Source: a virus. Taken from it: a stretch of DNA of 64,000 bases. Of this stretch, positions 1 through 8,793 are shown in pieces. The notes below the pieces were generated by a model. It saw nothing but the letters and a program-made list of their open reading frames with translations. It ran no database searches and was not told where the DNA came from. The stretch lies in the IMG/VR virus record IMGVR_UViG_3300039412_000320; one strand, written 5' to 3'. Both the position numbers and the translations under genes were made by a program. How positions within the stretch are numbered: position 1 is the first letter of the stretch; every line of letters begins with the position of its first letter.

Positions 1-1916
1 TTATTTCTCTCAACGTTGGCTATAATGCGGGTGCAGGAGCGCAACTCTATGTGGACGGGGTTTTATGGGCTTCTATTGCCACGGGAACCCCTAATCCAAC
101 TTACAATACAGAATTCTCAGTAGGGCTTCAAGGCACAGACACTAACGGAGGTTTTGAAGCCTACTATGACGACATTCTGGTGGACAATGGTTCTGTGACC
201 TTGGGGCCGGGCGGTGCGGTCTTGCTGCCACCGATTGCTGACTCCTCCGTGGGTACTTGGACAGCGGGGGCAGGCGGGGCAACCAATCTCTATAACGCCC
301 TCAAGACCTCGCCGCCTGCGGGGCTTGCTGATGCCTCGGCCACCAACACCAGTCAAATTCACAATTCAAACGCCACGGGCAATCAGGATTACAAAGCGCA
401 GTGTATGTCCTACCGAGCCGCAGGCGTAGCCTCCAACGCTACGATAAATGCCGTCATGGCTGTGGTGAATGATGGTACACCGACGACCTCTGCCCGTGCT
501 GGTGGAGTGTGGATAGACTCGAACCCTGCACAAAGTGCAGGTGGGCAAAGCTTCGAGTATGGCTATAGTGGGGGATTGGGGGCAATTGGAACTTTCCCTA
601 CGGGATGGAATACGCATTACGGGCCGTGCATCCAATCCCCTAGTGTCACGCTTTCCACTGCTCCTGTTGTTGCGGTTCGTAAGACCGATGCGAATGCTCA
701 GGTGGTTGACGTGGACTTTCTCGGCATCTACGTCGATTTCCAGAATGGCCCGTCGCAGCATGTGGTGATTTCGGGCTTGGAGATGGGGTCGCTATACGAA
801 GCAAACTCCTACAGTGGGTCAGGAACCATTGAAGTCATACCCGCCGCTAAACGTACAGGCAATTATGGACTTCATGCTAAGGCTGCGGCAGGACAGACAC
901 CCTACATCACTTTTACATCCCTCGATGGAAACGGGTCAAATATCATCCAGTTGGGGAGTGCCCGCTTCTATATGAAGCTATTAAGTCTTCCCGGCACGAC
1001 TCTTGCTATGTTTGGTGAATTCGGAAATATTAATAGCTGGATTATTGGTATCAATCCCACTGGAACGATTTTCGCTGGCTCATCGGCTGGAGGGGTATCG
1101 CCCAATAGCACTAATGCTCTCTCCGTAGACGGCCTCTGGCATTGTATCGCTGCTAATGTAGGCTATAACAACGGTCAGGGAATCCAACTCTACGTCGATG
1201 GGGTTCTGTGGACTAGCAAAAACACCTTTCCTTTTCTCAGTGGGTTATACAACCTTTGTTTAGGGTGTAGGACTGTTGACACCGTAGGCGGTTTTGAAGC
1301 TTATTTTGATGATTTACTTGTAGACAATGGGTCAGTCTTACTTGGTTTTGGGCAATCGGTTCTGCTTCTTCCTACGGCAGACTCCGCTATCGGTTCATGG
1401 ACTACGGGTAATGGGGGAACGTCAAACTTATTCAATGCGGTCAAAACCATCCCTCCTGTGGGTGTGGCTGATGCTAGTGCTACCAATACCAGTCAAATTC
1501 ACAATGTCAACGCTTCCGGTAACCAAGACTACAAAGCTACTTGTCAGACTTATTCTTCTGTGGGAATAGACGGCAGTTGTATCATCAATGGAGTTATGGG
1601 ATTGACAAACTGGGGGGCGGGGGTCGCCGGGACAAAGGTCGTCTCGGTGTGGATAGACTCCAATCCACCGCAAATAGCGGGTGCTGTGACAGGGAGATAC
1701 GGCGGGGGTGGAGGCATTGGCACCTTTCCATCCAATTGGGTAACCTACAATGGTGTGATCGCAGCTTTACCATCGCTTACGTTAACTTCTGGCCCCGTGG
1801 CGGCGGTGCGTAAAGTGACTTCCACTGTTTCTGCTGTTGATGTGGATTTCCTCGGTGTATATGTGGACTTCCTTCCCGGCACACCGGGTGTATCCAGCGC
1901 CTATTTCCTTGACTAG
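1..1916 (+). CDS. 5'-partial structural (fibre/lectin-like) protein with two tandem ~300-aa concanavalin-A/LamG-like repeats
   Basis: The frame is open from nt 3. The protein repeats internally ('QLYVDGVLW...GGFEAY(Y/F)DD(I/L)LVDNGSV...ASATNTSQIHN..NA(T/S)GNQDYKA...VWIDSNP...AAVRK...VDVDFLG(I/V)YVDF' occurs twice), so the true start lies upstream of the window. It is rich in NxT/S and Gly/Thr. Confidence 0.6.
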   Translation, partial: ISLNVGYNAGAGAQLYVDGVLWASIATGTPNPTYNTEFSVGLQGTDTNGGFEAYYDDILVDNGSVTLGPGGAVLLPPIADSSVGTWTAGAGGATNLYNALKTSPPAGLADASATNTSQIHNSNATGNQDYKAQCMSYRAAGVASNATINAVMAVVNDGTPTTSARAGGVWIDSNPAQSAGGQSFEYGYSGGLGAIGTFPTGWNTHYGPCIQSPSVTLSTAPVVAVRKTDANAQVVDVDFLGIYVDFQNGPSQHVVISGLEMGSLYEANSYSGSGTIEVIPAAKRTGNYGLHAKAAAGQTPYITFTSLDGNGSNIIQLGSARFYMKLLSLPGTTLAMFGEFGNINSWIIGINPTGTIFAGSSAGGVSPNSTNALSVDGLWHCIAANVGYNNGQGIQLYVDGVLWTSKNTFPFLSGLYNLCLGCRTVDTVGGFEAYFDDLLVDNGSVLLGFGQSVLLLPTADSAIGSWTTGNGGTSNLFNAVKTIPPVGVADASATNTSQIHNVNASGNQDYKATCQTYSSVGIDGSCIINGVMGLTNWGAGVAGTKVVSVWIDSNPPQIAGAVTGRYGGGGGIGTFPSNWVTYNGVIAALPSLTLTSGPVAAVRKVTSTVSAVDVDFLGVYVDFLPGTPGVSSAYFLD

Positions 1917-1984
1917 GCTTTACTAAGAAGAAATATAGAATAATCCAAAATTTCAGTATTATTACTTAGCATTACTATAGCCAG

Positions 1985-2030
1985 TTATACGTGGTTACAT
2001 ATAGCTACTTATGGTTATATGTAGTTGTGA
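1985..2030. repeat. AT-rich intergenic region with two ~20-bp direct repeats (GTGGTTACATATAGCTAC / ATGGTTATATGTAGTTGT)
   Basis: Seen directly in the 200-bp untranslated gap 1917-2120; a class B -10-like 'CAGTATTATTAC' lies at 1954-1965. Confidence 0.4.
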
Positions 2031-2120
2031 CCGGTTAAGGGAGAATCATGGGTGTAAAGTTTTCGGTCCGTTTTTTGTCATATTTGAACTATCTAAAACA
2101 CTTGTAGGGAGATAGTTCAA

Positions 2121-2768
2121 ATGTTTGTGTATTTAATATTTAATCGAATAAGCCTTAAGCTATACATCGGTAAGACCACGACATCCAACCTGGGTTTGTA
2201 TCTAAAAAAGAAAATTAGAGACGCTCAAAGGGGAACTTATCCCGGTAGGTCACACCTCTTTTCTGCAATGGAAAAGTACCCATCTACAGCTTGGGGGATA
2301 ATCCCGCTTATCTCAAATCTTACCACTAACGAGGAGCTTTGTTATTGGGAAACGGTTTTAATTAAAGCATTTAATACCCGTTGCCCGGAAGTTGGATACA
2401 ATATCTGTAAAGGTGGAGAAGGATGGACAGGAAGACATTCCGAAGAATCACGAAGAAGGATTGGAGAAGCCACTAGGAATAGACCCGGTCCGTGGCATAA
2501 TAGGCCAATGTCCAAAGAACATAGAAGGAAGCTAGGAGCAACCCATAAAGGTCATCCCAGTGGGATGTTGAATAAACACCACTCCGAGGAATCCCGCAAA
2601 AAGATGAGCAATGCCAAAAAGGGTAAACCCAGCCCTTGGAGGGGGAAACACTTTTCTGCCGAATCCCGTAAAAAGTTAAGTATTTCCCTTAAGGGGAAAC
2701 CATGGACAGAAAGGCGGCGCAAGGCGCAGGAGTTGAAAAGGAGAGCAAGTGAGACCACCAAACTTTAG
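2121..2768 (+). CDS. GIY-YIG homing endonuclease-like protein with NUMOD3 repeats
   Basis: N-terminus 'VYLIFN...LYIGKT' and 'GYNICKGGEG'; C-terminal repeats 'SEESRRRIG', 'SKEHRRKLG', 'SEESRKKMS', 'SAESRKKLS' are NUMOD3-type. A class A-like upstream motif lies at 2087-2110. Confidence 0.75.
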   Translation: MFVYLIFNRISLKLYIGKTTTSNLGLYLKKKIRDAQRGTYPGRSHLFSAMEKYPSTAWGIIPLISNLTTNEELCYWETVLIKAFNTRCPEVGYNICKGGEGWTGRHSEESRRRIGEATRNRPGPWHNRPMSKEHRRKLGATHKGHPSGMLNKHHSEESRKKMSNAKKGKPSPWRGKHFSAESRKKLSISLKGKPWTERRRKAQELKRRASETTKL

Positions 2769-5700
2769 CGTTTGTTTGATTGCAAGAAACGAAGCTCCGA
2801 ACCTCTGGAGAATCCACAAATCACTCAAAGAATTTCAGAAACGTGACGGCGAGGTGGTCCTCGTGGACACTGAGTCTACTGACAACACTCCGGCTGTAGC
2901 TCGTGCTTTAGGCTTCACTGTTTTCGAGGTGGGGGAGAAGTTTATCTTCACCATCCCGGAGAACCTTGCCAAGGCCATCAACACTCAGTTTGTCGTACCG
3001 CCCGAAGCTCCCATTGTCGCCGCTGGCGATAAGCTCTTTGATTATGCCGCCGCCCGCAATTATTCCGCTACCATGGCGAGCAACGATGTGGTATCCATGC
3101 CGGACTGCGATGAGCAATATACCCATCTGGATATCGACGCCATTGAACGCACCATTGACCAAGGGTTCCAGCAGATGGAATTTCACTTCATCTTCTCCCA
3201 CTATCCCAACGGTCAACCCGCTGTTCAGTTCCGGCAATGCAAGATGTACGACCGGCGTATCATGCACTGGCAGGGCATCGTCCATGAGGTTCTGGCGGGA
3301 AACGCCAAGCGCACCTACCTACCGCCCAACGTGCTTCTCTTGGAACACTTCCAAGCCCCGCAGTCACACCGCACCCGGTATCTCGCCGGGCTGTCTCTCG
3401 ATTGCTACCTCAATCAGGACAACGACCGTAACAGCCACTACCTCGGACGAGAGCTTATCTGGAACGGTCATCCCCGGTCAGCCATCAAAGAACTCACTCG
3501 GCATGTCAACATGAACCGTTGGCAACAGGAGCGGGGGCAGTCCATGATTTTCATCGGGGACGCCCACATGCAACTGGGGGAGGATGACAAGGGCATCGAA
3601 TCTTGGCACAAAGCCATCCAAATAGATGATACCCGGCGTGAGCCGTGGCTTCGTCTGGCGGATTACTACTGGAAGAAGAACAATCCGCAGCGGGTAGCCT
3701 GCTATTGTATGGCTGCTTTGGAAATCCCACCTAACGATTGCTATTGTAACGTGGGAGCGCATTACACGTATGAGCCGCATGAAAAACTTTACTGGGCGCT
3801 CTGGTGGCTGGGCGACCGGGAGAGGTCGAAAGAACACTGGAGGAAGGCGTTCGCCTACGACCCGACTAACCCCAAGTATCTTGCCGACAAGCAGTTCTAC
3901 GAGCCGACTAAATATGATTATCAAATGCCCGGAGGAGGTCAAGCCGCAGACGGCGGGGGAATCCAAGGATGGATGACCCACGGCGAGCTTGAATGGTTGT
4001 ACCATCAGGCGCAACGGGAAGAAATCCAAACCATCCTCGAATTGGGTAGCTGGAAAGGCCGGTCCACCCATGCTTTGCTTTCCGGCTTGAACGGCAAGGG
4101 CCTGCTTACCGCCGTAGATACATGGAAAGGCTCGGTTGACCCCCGTGACCAAACCAACGCCATGGCAAAGCAGGAGGATGTCCTCGGCGAGTTCAAGAAA
4201 AACGTCGGGGAGTTCAAGAACCTCGAAATCTGTCAGATGGAGAGCGCAGCGGCAGCGGAGAAGTTCCGGGCCGAGGGACGCACGTTTGACATGGTGTTTA
4301 TCGACGCCGGTCACACTTATGAGGAAGTCAAGAGAGATATCGAACTCTGGCGTCCACTTGCCAAGGTCATTCTATCCGGGCATGATTATACTAATGTTTG
4401 GGAAACCGTTAGAAAAGCAGTCGATGAGCACTGTGGGCGGACCTACCATGCCGAGAGCATTTGGTATTTGCCCGTTGAACCATTTCCACAAATCAAAGGT
4501 ACTTATTTCAAATCCCACGCTGAGATGCAGGAGAAGATTGAGAAAGGTGAGCCATTCTCCTATGTCAAGTGGAATGACGGGGAACAGCAGTGTATCGAAG
4601 GCGTAGAGGGGGCAACGTGTGACGGGCAGGCGTATAGTTTCGAGCTTAACTTAGCACTTAGGAAAGCTTACAACTTTCTCACCACTCTCCAGAACGTATA
4701 CATTAGCAACTGGAAAGAGTGGTTAGATGATAACCTCAATGACGGCGGTATACTTCTGCATAGGGAGAAGCGAGACCTCCAGCCCCTACACGATTTCTAC
4801 AAGGCCATAAAGGAGAGCGGAGTACAGAAGTTCCTCATCGCCCCGGCGAAATTGCAGGGCGCTGCCGACATGCTCAACGCTGAACTTATTGAGGTTCCCG
4901 AGCATGATGCATGGAGCAAGTATAAGGAAATCAAGGATGCCATGCTATCCAAGGTTCATACCCATGGCATCTTTCTGTTCAGTTGCGGGCTGATAAGCAA
5001 GGTGCTCATCGCTGATGCCCTCACGGCGGAGAAGGACATTTGCTGTCTCGATACCGGCAGCAGCTTTGACCCTATTTTCCTCGGACAAACCCAGACTCTA
5101 CAGGCTCCGCAAAGAGAGCTTCTGGACCTGTATGCCGACCTGCTCCCCGAGCAAAAGCAGTATATTCCCAAGAGCATTTTCACCATCTGGTTGTCAGAGA
5201 AAGAAGGCTTGCCGCCGCTCGTGGAGAAGTGTGTCAAGAGCCAGCAGATTCCCGGCTACGAACACAAGGTCTTGGGCCTAACCGATTGCCCCAAGGGTAT
5301 CCCCTATCTGGATGCCGCACTAGCTGCCAAGAAGTGGGTCAAAGCAGCGGACTACCTGCGCATTTGGTGGTTGAAGGAGTACGGCGGCATCTATGTCGAT
5401 TCTGACATGGAAATCCTGCCGGACAGGAACTTCAACCGTTTGCTTGGCAACTCGTTTTTCGTCTGCCGGGAAGACAACGGTTTTATCGCCAATAGTCTCA
5501 TCGGGGCGAAGAGGGGTCATCCCATCCTTGCGGAACATCTCGCCGAAGTGGGGGCCAAGTTCAAGGGTGATGATGACTACATTTTCCAAGCAGCACAGGA
5601 AATCCTCACCCCGAGGATAAGCAGTGCAGCACCCTCAGACCTGACAGTCAAAACTCTTCCCGCTCATGTCTTCTGTCCCTATAACCACCAAAATGGGGAG

Positions 5701-6417
5701 ATTGATGTACGGGATGACACCGTGGCTTTCCACCACTTTGCCAAAGCGTGGATTAAGGAAGACTACACTCGGGACTTCCTTCCCCGTGTCGCCGTCCTAA
5801 TACCCTCGCTGGGACGCCCGGAGGGCCTCCAGAAGTGTTTGGAGTCCGTAGACCACCTCTACTACCCCAAGCACTTGATTAAGGCATTCGTGGACGAAGG
5901 CGAGGGCACGGTAAGCCAGAAGGTCAACCGGCTCGCCGCCGCCAACCCGGACTTTGACGCTTACGTGTATGCGGCCAATGATATGGAGTTCGACCCGTGG
6001 TGTGTGTACCGGGCAGTCAAAGAAGGTCAGGGCAACCCACCCAAGGCTCACCCCTTCGAGACCCCGCCGCATTATCCCTTCGTCAAGGGATTGGTATCCT
6101 TCAACGCCGGACCGGTGTACCCGGATGAGGGGAACATCTGCGAACATTTCCTCATCAGCCGGGACTTGTACTTGAAGCTGGGGGAAATTTTCTCCGAGAA
6201 GTTTCACCACGTTGGCGTGGATAACCTTCTGTGGGTAAAGGCCAAGAAGCTTGGTCAGGTACTTCACTCTGAAACGGCAAAGATAACCCACCACCATTTC
6301 AGCAAGACTCACGTGATGGATGCTATCTACGAGAAGGGTTGGTCACAGGTGGATTCCGACCGGGCTATCCTCGCTCAAGAACTCAAAAAATTGGAAGAAA
6401 CTCCCACTGCAACGTAA
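2749..6417 (+). CDS. 1222-aa multidomain glycosyltransferase/methyltransferase (GT2 - TPR - class I SAM MTase - GT32-like DXD - GT2)
   Basis: GTG start preceded by AAGGAGAG. Domains read in order: 'FSVCLIARNEAP...EVVLVDTESTDNT...DCDE' (GT2); TPR-like helices; 'ILELGSWKGRSTHALL...VFIDAGHTYEEV' (class I SAM MTase); 'IWLSEKEG...AADYLRIWWLKEYGGIYVDSDMEIL' (Gly_transf_sug/DXD); 'AVLIPSLGRPEGLQKCLESV...KAFVDEGEG' (second GT2). Confidence 0.75.
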   Translation: MRPPNFSVCLIARNEAPNLWRIHKSLKEFQKRDGEVVLVDTESTDNTPAVARALGFTVFEVGEKFIFTIPENLAKAINTQFVVPPEAPIVAAGDKLFDYAAARNYSATMASNDVVSMPDCDEQYTHLDIDAIERTIDQGFQQMEFHFIFSHYPNGQPAVQFRQCKMYDRRIMHWQGIVHEVLAGNAKRTYLPPNVLLLEHFQAPQSHRTRYLAGLSLDCYLNQDNDRNSHYLGRELIWNGHPRSAIKELTRHVNMNRWQQERGQSMIFIGDAHMQLGEDDKGIESWHKAIQIDDTRREPWLRLADYYWKKNNPQRVACYCMAALEIPPNDCYCNVGAHYTYEPHEKLYWALWWLGDRERSKEHWRKAFAYDPTNPKYLADKQFYEPTKYDYQMPGGGQAADGGGIQGWMTHGELEWLYHQAQREEIQTILELGSWKGRSTHALLSGLNGKGLLTAVDTWKGSVDPRDQTNAMAKQEDVLGEFKKNVGEFKNLEICQMESAAAAEKFRAEGRTFDMVFIDAGHTYEEVKRDIELWRPLAKVILSGHDYTNVWETVRKAVDEHCGRTYHAESIWYLPVEPFPQIKGTYFKSHAEMQEKIEKGEPFSYVKWNDGEQQCIEGVEGATCDGQAYSFELNLALRKAYNFLTTLQNVYISNWKEWLDDNLNDGGILLHREKRDLQPLHDFYKAIKESGVQKFLIAPAKLQGAADMLNAELIEVPEHDAWSKYKEIKDAMLSKVHTHGIFLFSCGLISKVLIADALTAEKDICCLDTGSSFDPIFLGQTQTLQAPQRELLDLYADLLPEQKQYIPKSIFTIWLSEKEGLPPLVEKCVKSQQIPGYEHKVLGLTDCPKGIPYLDAALAAKKWVKAADYLRIWWLKEYGGIYVDSDMEILPDRNFNRLLGNSFFVCREDNGFIANSLIGAKRGHPILAEHLAEVGAKFKGDDDYIFQAAQEILTPRISSAAPSDLTVKTLPAHVFCPYNHQNGEIDVRDDTVAFHHFAKAWIKEDYTRDFLPRVAVLIPSLGRPEGLQKCLESVDHLYYPKHLIKAFVDEGEGTVSQKVNRLAAANPDFDAYVYAANDMEFDPWCVYRAVKEGQGNPPKAHPFETPPHYPFVKGLVSFNAGPVYPDEGNICEHFLISRDLYLKLGEIFSEKFHHVGVDNLLWVKAKKLGQVLHSETAKITHHHFSKTHVMDAIYEKGWSQVDSDRAILAQELKKLEETPTAT

Positions 6418-6427
6418 AACCTGCCTA

Positions 6428-6449
6428 TAGCCCTCTTAATTGAGGGCTA
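6428..6449 (+). promoter_or_regulatory. Perfect 8-bp stem hairpin (TAGCCCTC-ttaatt-GAGGGCTA) whose 3' arm contains the SD (GAGGG) of the collagen-like gene
   Basis: Inverted repeat read directly; ATG of the next gene at 6454 is 7 nt after the stem; no T-run follows. Confidence 0.55.
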
Positions 6450-6453
6450 AGGC

Positions 6454-8748
6454 ATGGCACTTGTCTGTGTATTCAATCCGGTTTCCAAACTCATCGACTC
6501 TGTAGAGGGACTCGTCGTCACCTTCGTAGGGACGTGGAGTATCAATGCCGTCTATCTTGGGGGCAATGTTGCCAGTTACGGCGGCTCCCTCTGGATATCC
6601 CTCCTTGACAACAACTCAGGAAATCAGCCCGACATTTCTCCCACATGGTGGGCGCAGTATGCCTCCTCCGGTGCCACGGGACCAACAGGACCCGGAAATT
6701 TTACAGGCTATACCGGACCTACCGGACCCAGCGGATACACAGGTTATACCGGCCCCGGTAATTTCACGGGTTACTCAGGGTACACGGGACCAAGCGGTTA
6801 TACTGGACCCAGTGGATATACAGGCTACACTGGTCCCGGAAATTTTACTGGTTACTCTGGGTACACGGGATTTTCTGGTCCCACCGGTTACTCAGGATTC
6901 ACCGGGTACACCGGCCCCGGTAATTTCACGGGTTATACCGGACCCATAGGTCCCTCTGGTTACACCGGTTACTCTGGCTACACCGGCCCGACCGGGCCGG
7001 GTAATTTCACGGGTTTCTCAGGATATACAGGATACACCGGTTATACCGGAGAAGCGGGAACGGCGGCGGCTACCGGAGCTACAGGTTACAGCGGGTATTC
7101 CGGCTACACCGGCCCCACGGGGCCGACTGGACCGGGCAATTTTACCGGTTACACCGGATACACTGGACCCAGCCACACAGGCTACACTGGTTACACAGGA
7201 CCCACGGGTTCCACCGGGGCTACAGGTTACACAGGTTTTACAGGACCCGGTTCCTTTACAGGTTACACAGGTCCAACCGGCTATTTGGGCTACACTGGAC
7301 CTTCCGGTTACTCGGGTTACACGGGATATACAGGGCCAGTCGGTCCTGTTGCTTATGGTGAGATGAGCATTCAAACGAATGCCACTGCCACAACCCTCAC
7401 CACGCAAAACACTTGGTATCAAGTAGTCAACTGGACATTAGGCAGTCTTTTCCAGAACATGACGGGAAATACCTCGTCCCCCGCTACACTGACCTGCACC
7501 ACCGGTCTAGCAGCCTTAACTTGCAGGGTACATTTTACCGGCAGCGTAACCGTCTCCGCTGGTTCTCAGACTTATCAACTGTCTGTATACAAAAATGGTT
7601 CTCAGTTGGTTGACCAGACAGTTAACATTACCTCCAACGGTGGTGGTGCCCCTGCTCTGACTTACCCCGTCTCCTTGTCGGGACTCGATACTATGGCGAA
7701 CAACGATACGTTTGCTATCTTTGCTCGTTGCACCACGTCCAACGCCGTTTCTCTAACCGTCACTCAAGCCAACTTTAACATCGCTACCACTGGTATTGGA
7801 CCGAGTGGACCTACAGGCTACAGCGGTTACACCGGCTATACTGGTCCGGGTAATTTCACGGGTTATACTGGTTACACAGGTCCTAATATCACTGGTCCAA
7901 CCGGACCCACAGGCCCCGGAAATTTCACGGGTTATACCGGAGCCACGGGTTACTCAGGACCAACTGGTTACTCAGGATACACTGGACCCACGGGTTATAC
8001 CGGCTACACAGGTTACACGGGACCGCAGGGAGCTTCTGCTTATGGCGAAATGACCATCGCCAATGAGACTGTGGTTCTTACCAATCAGGGAACATGGTAT
8101 CAGCTAATCAACTGGACTACTGGACAGCTTTCCAACATGACTGGGAATACCAGCGGTACTCAAACTTTGACCTGTACCACGGGTCTGCCCGCTATCGGTT
8201 GCAATACTATCTTCACCGGCTCATTAATCATAAGTACTGCCAATCAGGCCTATCAACTGGCGGTGTTTAAGAATGGCTCTATCCTCACCGAGCACGAGAT
8301 TGATGTTCTCGAAGATAGCACCACGGAACAGGTAGCCTTTGCCATCTCCGGTATCGACAGCATGGCAGATGGAGACTACTTTGCTATCTTTGCTCGCTGT
8401 ACTACCATTGGCTCCGTTACTCTTACGATTAACCAAGGGAACTTCAACATCATCTCCATTGGACCGGGAGCTATCGGGCCTACGGGTCCAGTGGGACCTA
8501 CCGGACCAACGGGTCCCGGTAATTTTACGGGGTATACAGGCCCCCTTGGTGCGACCGGACCGGTCAGCGGCTCCCCCATTACTCCCGTGCCCTTTGCTTC
8601 CCTCGGGTCAGCGGTGGGACTGCCGGGGCGTATCGCAGCGGTCAACAACAGTGGTGTAAACACTTGGGGCGGCACTGCCAATGGCTCCGGTGGTTTCACC
8701 GTGTTGGTTTGGAGCAACGGCTCACTGTGGACCGTCATAGGTTCTTAG
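6454..8748 (+). CDS. Collagen-like repeat fibre protein with two C1q/TNF-like (BclA C-terminal-like) globular domains
   Basis: Long runs of G-Y-T/G-P-T/G-P-S triplets punctuated by a recurring 'PGNFTG'; the collagen run plus ~140-aa beta-rich head ('AYGEM(S/T)I...TWYQ(V/L)(V/I)NWT...LTCTTGL...YQL(S/A)V(Y/F)KNGS...FAIFARCTT') occurs twice; the C-terminus is Gly/Pro-rich. Confidence 0.75.
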   Translation: MALVCVFNPVSKLIDSVEGLVVTFVGTWSINAVYLGGNVASYGGSLWISLLDNNSGNQPDISPTWWAQYASSGATGPTGPGNFTGYTGPTGPSGYTGYTGPGNFTGYSGYTGPSGYTGPSGYTGYTGPGNFTGYSGYTGFSGPTGYSGFTGYTGPGNFTGYTGPIGPSGYTGYSGYTGPTGPGNFTGFSGYTGYTGYTGEAGTAAATGATGYSGYSGYTGPTGPTGPGNFTGYTGYTGPSHTGYTGYTGPTGSTGATGYTGFTGPGSFTGYTGPTGYLGYTGPSGYSGYTGYTGPVGPVAYGEMSIQTNATATTLTTQNTWYQVVNWTLGSLFQNMTGNTSSPATLTCTTGLAALTCRVHFTGSVTVSAGSQTYQLSVYKNGSQLVDQTVNITSNGGGAPALTYPVSLSGLDTMANNDTFAIFARCTTSNAVSLTVTQANFNIATTGIGPSGPTGYSGYTGYTGPGNFTGYTGYTGPNITGPTGPTGPGNFTGYTGATGYSGPTGYSGYTGPTGYTGYTGYTGPQGASAYGEMTIANETVVLTNQGTWYQLINWTTGQLSNMTGNTSGTQTLTCTTGLPAIGCNTIFTGSLIISTANQAYQLAVFKNGSILTEHEIDVLEDSTTEQVAFAISGIDSMADGDYFAIFARCTTIGSVTLTINQGNFNIISIGPGAIGPTGPVGPTGPTGPGNFTGYTGPLGATGPVSGSPITPVPFASLGSAVGLPGRIAAVNNSGVNTWGGTANGSGGFTVLVWSNGSLWTVIGS

Positions 8749-8762
8749 TGACAGGAAAAATA

Positions 8763-8786
8763 AACTTTCTAAACCTTTTATAGGGG
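8763..8786 (+). promoter_or_regulatory. Class A upstream motif AACTTTCTAAACCTTTTATAGGGG (representative instance)
   Basis: Near-identical 22-25-mers end 8-10 nt before the ATG of many genes (see findings for the full list). Confidence 0.5.
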
Positions 8787-8793
8787 AAAGTTT

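Noticed and set aside
3478-4314. 278-aa minus-strand ORF, and similar long antisense ORFs (25614-26588, 33374-34015, 61410-62294, 22621-23400, 31157-31807).
   Set aside because: Each lies entirely inside a larger + strand gene with clear catalytic motifs (GT, RecA, PolA, polyvalent protein). None has a start context and all read as low-complexity shadow ORFs.
6545-7422. Alternative-frame ORFs (6545-6949 +, 7018-7422 -) within the collagen-like gene; periodic nucleotide repeats that could be mistaken for a CRISPR or tandem-repeat array.
   Set aside because: The repeats are coding (GYTGPTGP triplets) and degenerate at third positions; there are no unique spacers or fixed-length direct repeats. 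The alternative frames are Pro/Arg-rich artefacts.
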